From Bryobacteraceae bacterium (GTDB taxonomy: Bacteria > Acidobacteriota > Terriglobia > Bryobacterales > Bryobacteraceae), in assembly GCA_050008465.1 (NCBI GenBank), contig JBEKMO010000037.1, positions 5,988-37,987 of the forward strand: a DNA stretch of 32,000 nt. The letters are read 5' to 3'. The translations under genes and the position numbers were made by a program. Positions 1 to 10,500 of this stretch are shown here, one piece after another. Within the stretch, counting starts at the first letter, position 1; each line of letters begins with the position of its first letter. The notes under the pieces were generated by a model that saw only the letters and a program-made list of their open reading frames with translations, made no database searches and had not been told where the DNA came from.

Positions 1-2583
1 GTTCGGCTCCATCCCGTATAGCAGGCTCGTTAGCAGCCTCCCCGCCGTCAACGCCCCCAGCACGCCCAGCGCCGTCCCGATCGCCAGCAGAACGGCGACA
101 TCCCGCAGGATCAACCACAGTACCGATCCCGTGCCCGCGCCCAGCGCCATCCGGACGCCAATCTCGCCTTTCCGCCTGGCGACGGAATACGCGGTTACGC
201 CGTACAAACCCACCATCGACAGCAAGAGCGCCAGCGCTCCGAACAAGGCCGAGAGCGCCGCCACCAGGCGCTGCTGCTGCAGGGATTCGTCCACCTGCGT
301 CTCGAAGCTGCGAAATTCGAGCGAAATTCCAGCACTCACGTCCGCGATCACCGCCCTCACAACCGGTGTCAGCCCATCGAACGAAATCGTGTGCCGCAGT
401 TCGTAGTTCAGGCTTGGAAACGAGTTCGGATATTGCCCCATCGCAACGAAGCCGGTTATCGGCGCCTTCTCATCGACGCGTTGGTACTTTGCATCCTTGA
501 CAACGCCGATGACCTGCCAGCGCCTTCCGGAAGCGGCGCTGCCGTCGCGGATTGACTTCCCGAGGGGGTTGGTTGAACCGAAGAACTGCCGCGCTGCCGA
601 CTCGTTGATTACCATCACCGGAGGCGCACTCGGGCCGTCGTAATCGTTGAAGTCGCGCCCCGACAAGAGTGGTGTCCCCAACGTCTGGAAATACCCGGGC
701 GAGACCCGGTTCAGGAACAGCAACGCGTCCGGTCGCGGCTTCGCGCCATAGCCGTCGGATGCGATCCATTCGTTCCAGGTTCCCTCGCCGATCGGCGTAA
801 GATACGAGCTGGAGGCCGAAGTCACGCCGGGCAGTTTCCGTAGGCGGTCGAGAATCTCGTTGTACACCCTGAGGCGCTTCAGCGGTTCCTTTGCCGCGTG
901 CTGTGCATCCGCAGTCACTAGCAGCACTCCGCCGGCCCGAAAGCCGAGGTCTGCGTTCAGCAGGTTCCGCAGCGTGCCAATGAACAGCCCAGCCGCCAGC
1001 AGCAGAATAAACGACACCGCGATCTGCGCCGCCGCCAGCCCTCTCCCCAGACGAAAGCGGCTCGACCCGCCCACCGCACCGCGTCCGTGCTCTTTGAGCA
1101 CGTCATTCAGCCCGACGCGTGTGGCCCGGAGCGCCGGGACCAGCCCAAACACCAATGCCGTGACTACCGCGATCGCCGCCGTGAACCCCAGCAAATGAAG
1201 ATCGGGCGCCAGGTCGATCTCCACCGGGCTTCTCGTGGTCGAAATCAAACGCACGAGTATCGTGCCGCCCCAGAGGGCCAGCAGGAAGCCGCCGCATGCC
1301 CCCAGCCCCGAAAGCAGCACGCTTTCGGTAAGCAATTGCCGGATCAACCGCCACCGGCTGGCCCCGATCGCCATGCGCATCGAAAGCTCCCGCTGCCGGG
1401 CCGCCGCCCGTGCCAGCAGAAGGTTTGCGATATTCGCGCAAGCGATCAGCAGCACCAGCCCTGCAATCGCCATGAGCGCAACGAGAGCTGTGCGATAGCG
1501 CTCTCCCACCTTGGAGAACCCGGTGGCTGCAGGGCTTAGTTCGAGCCCGTAGTTCTTGTACATCTCCTGGGCCCCGGGGCTCCAATACGACGGCACAGTG
1601 GCGCGGAAGATCTCCGGCGCGAACGCTCTCATGCGGCCTTGCGTTTCTTCCAGACCGGCGCCCGGTTTAAGCCGTCCCACGATCCGCAGCCACCAATGGC
1701 TGCGTTGGTTCAGCGCGCTTCCCTCCGCCCGCAGCAACGGCTCGCATCCAATCGGAATCGCCACGTCGTAGGGCAGGTCCCTGTCGAGCCCATTCATCCA
1801 TGGCGGCGTCACGCCGACGATTGTGAACGGCTGCCGGTTCAGCCGCAATTTCCGCCCAACTGCTTCCGGGTTCGCCTGAAACTGGCTCCGCCAGAAATCG
1901 TAACTAATCACCGCCACCGGTCCGTCGGAGCCGCAGCCGTGCCGGTCATCCCGGCTTGTCAGCACGCGTCCGCGCAACGCCGGCACCCCCAGCACCTCGA
2001 AGTAACCGCCGCTCACCCACAGCCCACGGACGAACCGGCTCTCGCCGCCCTCGGAAAGATCGAAGCGATCTTCCGAGTACGCCAGCATCCCCGCGAACGC
2101 ATCCTGGGAATCGCGAATCGCCTCCCACATCGGATTTGTGAAGATGGGGCTGTGGTTCTTGCCGCTGATCTGAAGCCCAACCAGTTCTTGCGGGTTCTTC
2201 ATTGGCAGCGTCCGCAACATCACGGCGTTGATGATGCTGTAAATCGCCGTGTTGGCGCCAATCCCCAACGCCAGCGACGCCACCGCCGTCAGCGCGAAGG
2301 CCGGATTCCTCGAGAGCGTTCGTATCCCGTAGCGCAGGTCCTGCATCCAGCTCTCGATCGCCGCCCAACCCCATGTCTCTCGCGTCGACTCTTTCACGAT
2401 GGTGGGGTTTCCCAGGTCGAGCCTGGCGGCGCGCCGCGCCTCCTCGGGCGACAGCCCAGCCTCTTCGCGTTCCGCCGCCTCCTCCTCCAGGTGGAACTGG
2501 AGTTCGGCATCGAGTTCCCTCTCGCGCGCCTTGCGGTTCCAGCCGAAACTCAGCCAACGCAATACCCGCCGCGTCGTCTCCAT
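1..2583 (-). CDS. ADOP-family (acidobacterial duplicated orphan permease) FtsX/MacB-like ABC permease; C-terminus cut by window edge
   Basis: Absent from the ORF track because it has no stop inside the window. Hand translation of the minus frame from ATG 2583..2581 stays open to base 1. It reads METTRRVLRWLSFGWNRKARERELDAELQFHLEEEAAE..., then RNPAFALTAVASLALGIGANTAIYSIINAVML, then GGTILVRLISTTRSPVEIDLAPD, and ends ...LTSLLYGMEPN. AGGAAA Shine-Dalgarno upstream. Starts 10 nt after the padR stop, the classic PadR+ADOP pairing. Confidence 0.85.
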   Translation of the reverse strand, partial: METTRRVLRWLSFGWNRKARERELDAELQFHLEEEAAEREEAGLSPEEARRAARLDLGNPTIVKESTRETWGWAAIESWMQDLRYGIRTLSRNPAFALTAVASLALGIGANTAIYSIINAVMLRTLPMKNPQELVGLQISGKNHSPIFTNPMWEAIRDSQDAFAGMLAYSEDRFDLSEGGESRFVRGLWVSGGYFEVLGVPALRGRVLTSRDDRHGCGSDGPVAVISYDFWRSQFQANPEAVGRKLRLNRQPFTIVGVTPPWMNGLDRDLPYDVAIPIGCEPLLRAEGSALNQRSHWWLRIVGRLKPGAGLEETQGRMRAFAPEIFRATVPSYWSPGAQEMYKNYGLELSPAATGFSKVGERYRTALVALMAIAGLVLLIACANIANLLLARAAARQRELSMRMAIGASRWRLIRQLLTESVLLSGLGACGGFLLALWGGTILVRLISTTRSPVEIDLAPDLHLLGFTAAIAVVTALVFGLVPALRATRVGLNDVLKEHGRGAVGGSSRFRLGRGLAAAQIAVSFILLLAAGLFIGTLRNLLNADLGFRAGGVLLVTADAQHAAKEPLKRLRVYNEILDRLRKLPGVTSASSSYLTPIGEGTWNEWIASDGYGAKPRPDALLFLNRVSPGYFQTLGTPLLSGRDFNDYDGPSAPPVMVINESAARQFFGSTNPLGKSIRDGSAASGRRWQVIGVVKDAKYQRVDEKAPITGFVAMGQYPNSFPSLNYELRHTISFDGLTPVVRAVIADVSAGISLEFRSFETQVDESLQQQRLVAALSALFGALALLLSMVGLYGVTAYSVARRKGEIGVRMALGAGTGSVLWLILRDVAVLLAIGTALGVLGALTAGRLLTSLLYGMEPN

Positions 2584-2593
2584 CTTGGTTTTC

Positions 2594-2935
2594 CTAAGCC
2601 GGCCGCAGTACCCGTGCGATCGCCTCCGACAACTCATCCCACTTCGACTGCCCGGCCGCGAACTGCTTCCGCCCCGTCCGCGTGAGCCGGTAGAATTTGG
2701 CCTGCTTGCCCTTGTCCGATATCCGCCACTCCGCCTCGATCCAGCCGCGCGCCTCGAGCCGGTGCAGCGCCGGATACAGCGACCCCGTCTCCACCCGCAG
2801 CACCTCCTCCGACGCCGCCCGGATATGTTTCGCAATGGCATGGCCGTGCGACGTCCCGAAAAGCAGCGTCCGCAGGATCATCAAGTCGAGCGTGCCCTGC
2901 AACAGCTCGATGCGCGAATCGTTCTTCCTATCCAT
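2594..2935 (-). CDS. PadR-family transcriptional regulator (acidobacterial type)
   Basis: 113-aa ORF. Contains [28 protein letters not shown]...[41 protein letters not shown], a typical PadR winged helix. Immediately upstream of the permease. Confidence 0.92.
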   Translation of the reverse strand: MDRKNDSRIELLQGTLDLMILRTLLFGTSHGHAIAKHIRAASEEVLRVETGSLYPALHRLEARGWIEAEWRISDKGKQAKFYRLTRTGRKQFAAGQSKWDELSEAIARVLRPA

Positions 2936-2940
2936 TTACT

Positions 2941-2983
2941 TGTGTAGACAGTCTACCATATGGATGCGTAGCATGTCTACACA
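2941..2983. promoter_or_regulatory. Nested palindromes upstream of padR; candidate PadR operator and promoter region
   Basis: TGTGTAGACA (2941-2950) is the exact reverse complement of TGTCTACACA (2974-2983). Inner palindromes are GTAGAC-A-GTCTAC (2944-2956) and CCATATGG (2956-2963). The element starts 6 nt upstream of the padR ATG (2935). Confidence 0.5.
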
Positions 2984-3118
2984 AAAATGCGGCCTGCCGC
3001 CGCGGATTGCGGTCAGGCGGGTTTCGAAGTGCGGTTCATTGGGCGGGCGCGGCGGATTGTGCGGCTGTAGGGTAAGGCTCCGGCCTTGTCCCGCCGAGGA
3101 CGGGGCTGGAGCCCCATC

Positions 3119-3742
3119 CTACCTGGCCGTCTTCACATACGCCCCGGTGGTGGCATCGACGTAGATCGAGTAGTTGCTCATGGCAACCGACTCGCCCCAG
3201 ACCACGCGCCAGGCCGGATTGCGAAGCTCCTTAGTGAATTCCAGGAGGAACTTCATGGGCATGTCGGGGTGCTTCTTGGCGTAGTCCGCGCCCTTCTTCA
3301 CGGCGATTTCGTACGCTGCCACAGCGTCCGTCTTTACCGCCTGGATGAAGAAGGGTCTGGTCTGCCCCGCTGGGTGCCAAGCGTCCTCGGAACCGGCGGA
3401 GACGCCCTTGGGCAGGTTGGAGGCGGTGACGGCGACCACGGAGTACGTGTAGCGGCGGGCGCGGTGCCTTCGCTCCGTGACGAAGGTGCACTCCCACGCG
3501 CCGGCCTTTCCGCCCAAGCTCTTGACTTCCTTGAGATCCAGATTGCCCATCGAGAGCAGTTGTGCTTCCGGGGCCCAACTTCGCGCGGTGACATACACCT
3601 TCTGCAAGGCATACTGCGCCGTGACGGGCTCGGCCGGCTTTTCGGGTTCCTTCTGTGTAGCAGCGGACTTGGGTTCTTCCGAACAGCCAACCATGAGGAG
3701 GACGAGTGGGAGGCAAGCGATGACGGCGTATGTTCGTTTCAT
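3119..3742 (-). CDS. Putative lipoprotein, function unknown
   Basis: 207-aa ORF. N-terminus MKRTYAVIACLPLVLLMVGCSEEPK is a signal peptide with a lipobox-like MVGC. Composition looks like real coding sequence. C-terminal SIYVDATTGAYVK is weakly PepSY-like. Confidence 0.7.
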   Translation of the reverse strand: MKRTYAVIACLPLVLLMVGCSEEPKSAATQKEPEKPAEPVTAQYALQKVYVTARSWAPEAQLLSMGNLDLKEVKSLGGKAGAWECTFVTERRHRARRYTYSVVAVTASNLPKGVSAGSEDAWHPAGQTRPFFIQAVKTDAVAAYEIAVKKGADYAKKHPDMPMKFLLEFTKELRNPAWRVVWGESVAMSNYSIYVDATTGAYVKTAR

Positions 3743-3928
3743 GTCCGTTAACCTGGCTAAGCCTCATTCTAGCTGAAGATGCGGGCGCGCAACAGCCAAT
3801 CTGAGTTCATCCTGGGCTGGTTGCCGGGTTGGGCCAAGTGGTTAATTCTGGCCCCGGCACGCTCCGGCAGCGTGGAATAACGGCTTCACACTCCCGAGGA
3901 CGTGGCATAATGGGGGCAACCGAAGCCT

Positions 3929-5188
3929 ATGGCGAGAGCATTCCGCACAGCTACCGGGGTGGCGCTGGGACTCGCCATGTCCGTCGTGCTGGCAACTGGG
4001 CAGAGCCAATCGCCCGCGCCCGCTCCAACCCCGCCGCCCTCTTCCGGCGGCACCTCCCCAGGCGGCGCCAGGATTCCCACGCCGGCCCCCACCCGGCAAT
4101 CCACCGATCCGACCCAGCAAACGACACAATTCCCGGACCTGGATCGTCCGATCTTCCTCAGCGGAAAGGTGCTGCTCGACGACGGGACACCTCCGCCGGC
4201 GAACGTTGTCATTTTGCGCGTTTGCTACGGCAACTCCCGGCCGATGACGTACACGGACTCGAAAGGCCGCTTCGGCATGGATCTGAGCCGCAGCACGAAC
4301 ATCGTGCCCGACGCCAGCACGGGTTCGCTGGATTCGCTCGATCCGTGGAACTCAAGGGGCGCTTCCGGCCGCGGCGGTCCGCTCGGCGCCGGGCGCATCA
4401 CCGAGCAGAGGACCAGCGGATGTGAGTTGCAGGCGTCTCTGCCGGGCTACCGCTCGGACTCGATCGATCTCACCGGGCACCGTTTCCTGGACAACCCGGA
4501 CGTCGGCACGATCGTGCTGCACCGGTTGGCCAATGTGGAAGGCAGCACCATCAGCGCCATCAGCCTGCGAGCTCCCAAGGACGCCAAGAAAGCCTACGAA
4601 AAAGGTTTCGGAGCCTCCGGAAAGAAAAAGTGGGACGAGGCGCAGGCGCACCTCGAGCAAGCGGTGGCGCTCTACCCCCAATACGCAGAAGCGTGGTACG
4701 AGCTCGGCGTGGCTTTCCAGGAGCAGAACAAGCTCGAGCAGGCGCGCAAAGCTTACACGCAGGCGCTGGAGGCGGATTCCAAGTTCCTGAAACCGTACCG
4801 GCAGATGACTGCGATCGCCGTGCGGGAGAGGAAGTGGGAGGAAGTGGACCAGATTACCGGCCGGCTGCTGCGGCTCGATCCGGTCGATTTCCCCGACGCC
4901 TATTTCTTCAGCTCGGTCGCCCGCTTCAATCTGGGGAGCCTGGATGCCGCCGAGAAGAGTGCCCGCGAGGGCATGCGGCTCGATCCGAACCACCGCATCC
5001 CCAGGCTCGAGCACCTGCTCGGGTTGATCCTGGCCAACAAGCGGGACTATGCAGGCGCGGCCCAAATGATCCGGAGCTACCTCCAGCGCGAGCCGGATGG
5101 ACGGAACGCCGACGAGGTGCGCAGGCAACTCGCCGAATTCGACAGACTCGCCGGCAAGACCGCCGCCCAGGTCGCGCCGAACCCGTAG
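3929..5188 (+). CDS. Secreted CarboxypepD_reg-like domain + TPR repeat protein
   Basis: 419-aa ORF with a signal-like N-terminus and a Pro-rich linker. FLSGKVLLDDGTPPPANVVILRV...TDSKGRFGMDL matches a carboxypeptidase-regulatory fold. TPR-like repeats follow (AEAWYELGVAFQEQNKLEQARKAYTQALEADSKF...). Confidence 0.85.
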   Translation: MARAFRTATGVALGLAMSVVLATGQSQSPAPAPTPPPSSGGTSPGGARIPTPAPTRQSTDPTQQTTQFPDLDRPIFLSGKVLLDDGTPPPANVVILRVCYGNSRPMTYTDSKGRFGMDLSRSTNIVPDASTGSLDSLDPWNSRGASGRGGPLGAGRITEQRTSGCELQASLPGYRSDSIDLTGHRFLDNPDVGTIVLHRLANVEGSTISAISLRAPKDAKKAYEKGFGASGKKKWDEAQAHLEQAVALYPQYAEAWYELGVAFQEQNKLEQARKAYTQALEADSKFLKPYRQMTAIAVRERKWEEVDQITGRLLRLDPVDFPDAYFFSSVARFNLGSLDAAEKSAREGMRLDPNHRIPRLEHLLGLILANKRDYAGAAQMIRSYLQREPDGRNADEVRRQLAEFDRLAGKTAAQVAPNP

Positions 5189-5302
5189 CCGCACTCCCCC
5201 ATCGCGCCGACTGTCACCGCATTTTCCAGGGCTCTGTAGATAGCGGCCCTGCGCAAAAGGCGGTAAAGTTACAGTTTCGGTCATAGGAGGGATTGCATCG
5301 GC

Positions 5303-6445
5303 ATGCGATGGCGAAACGTTCCGGTGTTTCTGGCCTTTCTCGCGATGGGGTTTGCGGACGCCCTGGGACCGTTTGTAGGCCTGGCAAAGGAGGAGTTTCA
5401 CATAAGCAACACGGCGGCTTCGCTCATCCCGTTCGTAGGTTTCAGCATGTTCGGGCTGCTGTCGATCCCCGTTGGCGTATTCCAGGACAAGCGCGGCAAG
5501 AAGTTCGTGCTGATGCTCGGGCTGGCGGTGGCGCTGCTCGGGTGGCTGAGCGGTGTGGGGCTGCACTCGTTCGCGCGGCTTCTTCTGGTCGTGGTGCTGG
5601 CGGGCGCGGGCGCCGCGGTTCTCCAGGTTGCAGGGAACCCGATCATGCGCGATGTGTCCGAACAGGGCAAGTATCCCCGCAATCTGTCGCTGGGACAGTT
5701 TGTGAAAGCGATTGGCTCCCTGTCGGGCCCCGTGATCCCCGTGCTTGCCGCGAGGTACTTCGGCGCGAGGTGGGAGATCATCTTTCCGATCTATGCGGCG
5801 GCGGTGTTCGTAGCCGCCCTCGCTGTTGCGAGTCTGCGGGTGAACGAACAGAAGCCCGAGCGCGGGGCGGCGACGCTCAAGTCCTGCCTGAGGCTGCTGA
5901 AGATCGGCTATGTGCGGATGATGGTAGCCGCGATCTTCCTCTACGTCGGCGCCGAAGTCAGCGTGAGTGGGGGTATCCCGCTGTTGTTGCACGAGCGATT
6001 CGGCATCGACACCACCAAGGTGGGCCTGCTCGGTACCGGCTTGTTCTTCACTGCACTCACGATCGGACGGTTCTCCGGGGGTGTCATTCTGAACTGGATG
6101 GCACCGCGCAGGTTCTTCACAGCCACTTGTGTGGTATCGCTCCTGGGACTGCTCGGCCTGTTCGCGCCGGACCGAACCGTGGCGATCGCGAGCTTTTTCG
6201 TAACGGGTCTGGGCTTCGCCAACATCTTCCCGCTGGTGTTCTCGATCACTGTCGAGAGCATGCCCGAGCACACCAATGAGCTGTCGGGCTTGATGGTAAC
6301 TGCGATCGCCGGCGGAGCCCTGATTCTGCTGATGGGGCTGGTGTCGGACCGCGCTTCGGTACAATTGAGTTTCCTGGTGCCGCTGGCGGCGCTGCTCTAC
6401 ATCACCTGGACTGCCTTGGCGAACCGCAAGCCGGCCGGAGTGTGA
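5303..6445 (+). CDS. MFS sugar transporter (FucP/GluP-like)
   Basis: 380-aa polytopic membrane ORF with about 12 hydrophobic segments. N-terminus resembles the FucP family (FLAFLAMGFADALGPFVGLAKEEFHISNTAASLIPFVGFSMFGLLSIPVGVFQDKRGKK). GGAGGG lies upstream of the ATG. Confidence 0.85.
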   Translation: MRWRNVPVFLAFLAMGFADALGPFVGLAKEEFHISNTAASLIPFVGFSMFGLLSIPVGVFQDKRGKKFVLMLGLAVALLGWLSGVGLHSFARLLLVVVLAGAGAAVLQVAGNPIMRDVSEQGKYPRNLSLGQFVKAIGSLSGPVIPVLAARYFGARWEIIFPIYAAAVFVAALAVASLRVNEQKPERGAATLKSCLRLLKIGYVRMMVAAIFLYVGAEVSVSGGIPLLLHERFGIDTTKVGLLGTGLFFTALTIGRFSGGVILNWMAPRRFFTATCVVSLLGLLGLFAPDRTVAIASFFVTGLGFANIFPLVFSITVESMPEHTNELSGLMVTAIAGGALILLMGLVSDRASVQLSFLVPLAALLYITWTALANRKPAGV

Positions 6446-6449
6446 ATCC

Positions 6450-7559
6450 ATGCCGGATTACGCAAGCGATGAGCGGATTGTGATGACGCTGGACGCCGGG
6501 GGCACGAACTTCGTGTTCTCGGCGATGCAGGCCAACCGTCCGGTGGTGGAGAGCTTCGCGTTGCCGTCGAACGCGGATTCGCTCGCCCGCTCGCTCGATA
6601 CGATCGTCGAGGGATTCCAGGGGGTGCGGGCACAACTGCCCGCGCCGCCGGTGGCGATCAGTTTCGCGTTTCCCGGCCCGGCGGACTACTTCCACGGGAT
6701 CATTGTGCGGCCGCCGAATCTGGTGGCCTACCGCGACGTGGCTCTGGGGCCGATGCTCGAAGACCGCTTCGATCTGCCCACCTTCATCAACAACGATGGG
6801 GACCTGTTTGCCTGCGGCGAAGCGGCCTCCGGATTCCTGCCCTATGTCAATGGCGTGCTGGAGAAGGCCGGAAGCCCGAAGCGATTTCGGAACCTGTTGG
6901 GCGTGACCCTCGGCACCGGGTTCGGAGGCGGCATCGTGCGCGGCGGCGAGCTGTTCGTGGGGGACAACTCCTCTTCCGGCGAGATCTGGCTGTCGCGGCA
7001 CAAAGGGAAGCTGGACACCAACGTCGAAGAGGGTGCCTCCATCCGCGCCGTGCGGCGGGTCTATGCCGAACGCGCCGGTCTGCGCTTCGAGGACGCCCCC
7101 GAGCCCCGCGTGATCGCCGAGATCGCCGACGGGCTGGCGCCAGGGGACCGTGCGGCGGCGCTCGAAGCATTCCGGCGAATGGGAGAAGTTGCGGGCGATG
7201 CGATCGCCCTCGCCATCACGCTGCTGGACGGCCTGGTGGTCATCGGAGGCGGAATCGCCGGAGCGCACCGCCACTTTCTGTCGGCGATCGTTGCCGAGAT
7301 GAACGGCGCCTACACCGCGCCCGATGGGCAGCGGTTCCGGCGTTTGATTCCGCGGGCCTTCAACCTGGAAGATCCGGCCCAGCTCGCGGAATTCGTAAGG
7401 GGCGAGACCAAGGAACTGCCGATCCCCGGGACCTTGCGCACGGTGAAGTTCGACGGCGTGCAGCGCGTCGGAGTCGGAGTTTCACGCCTGGGGACGAGCG
7501 AAGCGACGGCGATTGGCGCCTATGCCTTCGCGCTGGACCAGTTGGAGAGGCGAGCCTAA
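6450..7559 (+). CDS. ROK-like / ASKHA-fold sugar kinase (lacks the ROK zinc motif)
   Basis: 369-aa ORF. Contains LDAGGTNFVF (phosphate-1), NNDGDLFACGEA and LGVTLGTGFGGGIVRGGELFVG. Only one Cys in the whole protein, so there is no CxCGxxGC motif. Begins 4 nt after the MFS stop. An alternative start at M12 (6483) is possible. Confidence 0.8.
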   Translation: MPDYASDERIVMTLDAGGTNFVFSAMQANRPVVESFALPSNADSLARSLDTIVEGFQGVRAQLPAPPVAISFAFPGPADYFHGIIVRPPNLVAYRDVALGPMLEDRFDLPTFINNDGDLFACGEAASGFLPYVNGVLEKAGSPKRFRNLLGVTLGTGFGGGIVRGGELFVGDNSSSGEIWLSRHKGKLDTNVEEGASIRAVRRVYAERAGLRFEDAPEPRVIAEIADGLAPGDRAAALEAFRRMGEVAGDAIALAITLLDGLVVIGGGIAGAHRHFLSAIVAEMNGAYTAPDGQRFRRLIPRAFNLEDPAQLAEFVRGETKELPIPGTLRTVKFDGVQRVGVGVSRLGTSEATAIGAYAFALDQLERRA

Positions 7560-10500
7560 TGGCGAAATGGACTTTACTGCTGAGTCTGATGGCGATTGCG
7601 ATGCTAAGTGCACAGGATTATACCCGCGGCGTGGGCGTATATCCGGGAAACCCGAAAGAAGATTTCTCGCCGGCGATGGTTGTGGATGAAACGACGTACC
7701 GCAACCTGGCGCTCCGCCGGCCGGCCTACCACTCCAGCAGCTACGACTACAATCTGACCGCCCAATTGGTGACCGACGGGATCAGGGAAACGAAGCTGCC
7801 GCAGTGGGTGGCGGTCTCCACCAGCCAGCCAGCCACGCTCAAGAAGAACGAGCGCGAGTACCTGCTGGACCGCAACCCGATGACGGTGGTGAATTTGAGC
7901 GGGCCCAGCGCCTGGGTCCAAATCGAATTGGGAGGCGGCGCCACCGAGCACGAGGTTGATCGGGTGGACGTCCAGGCTCGCGTGGATGCGCGCAGCGACC
8001 GCCCGGAAGGGTGGACCTGCGTGGTCTCCGGCTCCGACGATGGCCAGACCTGGGAAGAAGTGGGCCGCGCCACGGGCACGGACCGCCCGGGCAGGGAGTT
8101 CAAGCCGTCGGTTGCCCTGTCCTTGCCGTCCCACAGCCGTTTCTACCGCGTCGAGTTCCAGGCGGCGAGCGCAGTCATGTGGCGCTTGAGGGAGGTGACG
8201 CTGTACGGTCAGGGCCGCCGGCTGGAGCTCGGCGGGCCGTACAACTTCAGCAGCGCCTGGATGAGCGCCGGGAGTGGCGAGGAGTGGGTGTATGTGGACC
8301 TGGGCGCGGTCTGCACCTTCGACCGCGTGAAGCTGTACTGGATTCGAAGGGCTGCGGAAGCCTCCCTCGAGGTGTCGGATGATGCCGCGGCCTGGAAGAC
8401 GATCCAGCCGCTGCCGCCAGCCGCCACCGCGATGACCGACGACGTCCAACTCGCGGCGCCCGCCAAGGGCCGATACGTGCGCCTGCTGATGAAGCGGCCG
8501 GCCTCGCCCGAAGGCTATGTCCTCTCCGAGATGGAAGTGTACGGGCGCGGCGGTCCAGTGCCGCGGCCCAAGCCCGCGCCGGCAGTGCGCGCCGACGGGC
8601 GGCTGGACCTCGCCGGGGGCGCCTGGCGCATCCAGCGGGACTCGCAGGTCCAGGCCAGCGGCGAAGCGCTGGCGAAGCCGGGCTTCCAGGACGGCGACTG
8701 GCTGGTGGCAACCGTGCCCGGTACCGTGCTGGCCAGTTACTACAACGTCGGCGCGGTCCCGGACCCGAATTACGGCGACAACCAGCTCATGATTTCGGAT
8801 ACGTTCTTCCAGGCCGATTTCTGGTACCGGAACGAGTTCGTTGCGCCTCCGGCGCGCGCGGGCGAGCGGCTCTGGCTGAACTTCGACGGCATCAACTGGA
8901 AGGCGGACGTCTTCCTCAACGGCGAGAAGCTCGGCCGCATCGAGGGAGGATTCATCCGCGGGCGGTTCGACGTCACCGGCCGCCTCCGTCCCGGCCAGAG
9001 CAACGCGCTGGCCGTGCGCATCGAGAAGAACGCGACGCCCGGAAGCATCAAGGAAAAGACCCTCGACAGTCCGGACAAGAACGGCGGCGCGCTAGGCGCC
9101 GACAACCCGACCTACCACGCCTCGGTGGGCTGGGACTGGATTCCCACCATCCGCGGGCGGAACACCGGCATCTGGAACGACGTCTATCTGAGCCGCAGCG
9201 GGCCGGTCACGATCGAGAATCCCTTCGTCACTAGCACCCTGCCGCTGCCGGATACCTCCCGCGCAGATGTGAGCGTGGAAGTGACGCTGCGCAATCATGA
9301 ACCCAGGGCTGTCAAGGGGACCTTGCGCGGACGGTTCGGCGACGTGGCGTTCAGCGCGCCGGTGACGCTGGACGCGGGGGCCGCGAAAACGGTGAAGCTG
9401 GACCCGTCCACGCATCCGGCATTGCGTCTTCAGAAGCCGATGCTGTGGTGGCCCGTGGGATACGGCGAGCCGAACCTGTACCCGGTGGAGCTGAAGTTCG
9501 AAACCGGGGGCCGCAAGCTGTCGGACGCGAAGTCGTTCCAGGCCGGCGTGCGGCAGTTCACTTACAGCGAAGAGGGCGGCGTGCTGAAGATATGGATCAA
9601 CGGCCGGCGGCTGGTGCCTCGCGGTGGGAACTGGGGCTTTGGCGAGTCGATGCTGCGCTACCGCGGGCGCGAGTACGACGTGGCCGTGCGCTACCACCGC
9701 GACATGTACTTCACCATGATCCGCAACTGGGTCGGACAAGTCGGCGACGACGAATTCTACGAGGCCTGCGACCGGCACGGCGTGGTGGTGTGGCAGGACT
9801 TCTGGCTGGCGAATCCGTTTGACGGCCCGGACCCGAGCGACAACGACATGTTCATGCGCAACGTGAGGGATACCGTTCTGCGGCTGCGCAACCATCCTTC
9901 CATCGGGCTCTACTGCGGCCGCAACGAAGGCAACCCGCCGAAGGCGCTCGACGAAGGGATGAAAAAGACGGTGGTGGAACTGCATCCCGGGCTGCACTAC
10001 ATCCCGCACTCCGCGGCGGTTGTTGTGAGCGGGGGCGGACCGTACCGGGCCATGCCGCCGAAGTTCTATTTCCAGTCCCGGGCGACGCCGAAACTGCACA
10101 GCGAGCTGGGCATGCCGAACATCGTCACGCTCGACAGTCTGCGGGCCATGATGCCCGAGAAGGCGATGTGGCCGCAAGGCGCCGTGTGGGGCCTGCACGA
10201 TTTTTGTCTCCGCGGCGCGCAAGGCGGCGCCTCCTTCCGCGAAATGATCGACAAGGGCTACGGCGGAGCGGACAATGCGGCGGATTGGGTCACGCTGGCT
10301 CAGTTCGTGAATTACGACGGCTACCGCGCTATGTTCGAAGCGCAGAGCCGCAACCGCATGGGGGTTCTACTCTGGATGAGCCACCCCGCGTGGCCATCCT
10401 TCGTCTGGCAGACCTACGACTATTACTTCGAGCCTACGGCCGGCTATTTCGGCAGCAAGAAGGGCTCGGAGCCGCTGCACATACAGTGGAACCAGGCGAC

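Noticed and set aside
3885-3911. TTCACA-N15-(TGG)CATAAT as the promoter for the TPR gene
   Set aside because: It is plausible as an extended -10, but the 15-nt spacer is short and acidobacterial promoter rules are poorly known. There is not enough support to list it as a feature.
4352-6451. 699-aa minus-strand ORF, the longest of several long ORFs that look like genes
   Set aside because: It is antisense to the TPR and MFS genes, both of which have clear family signatures. Its translation is low-complexity R/Q/H/E/P-rich with no motifs. This is a typical high-GC shadow ORF.
9092-10222. 376-aa minus ORF. Similar long ORFs occur at 1639..2685(+), 7604..8449(-), 24967..26181(-), 27020..28327(-), 28444..29709(-), 23403..24335(-) and 10367..11272(-)
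   Set aside because: All are antisense to, or frame-shifted relative to, genes with strong family motifs (GH2, permease, GH130, GH3, esterase, GPH). None has a recognisable domain, and all show R/P/G/H-biased composition.
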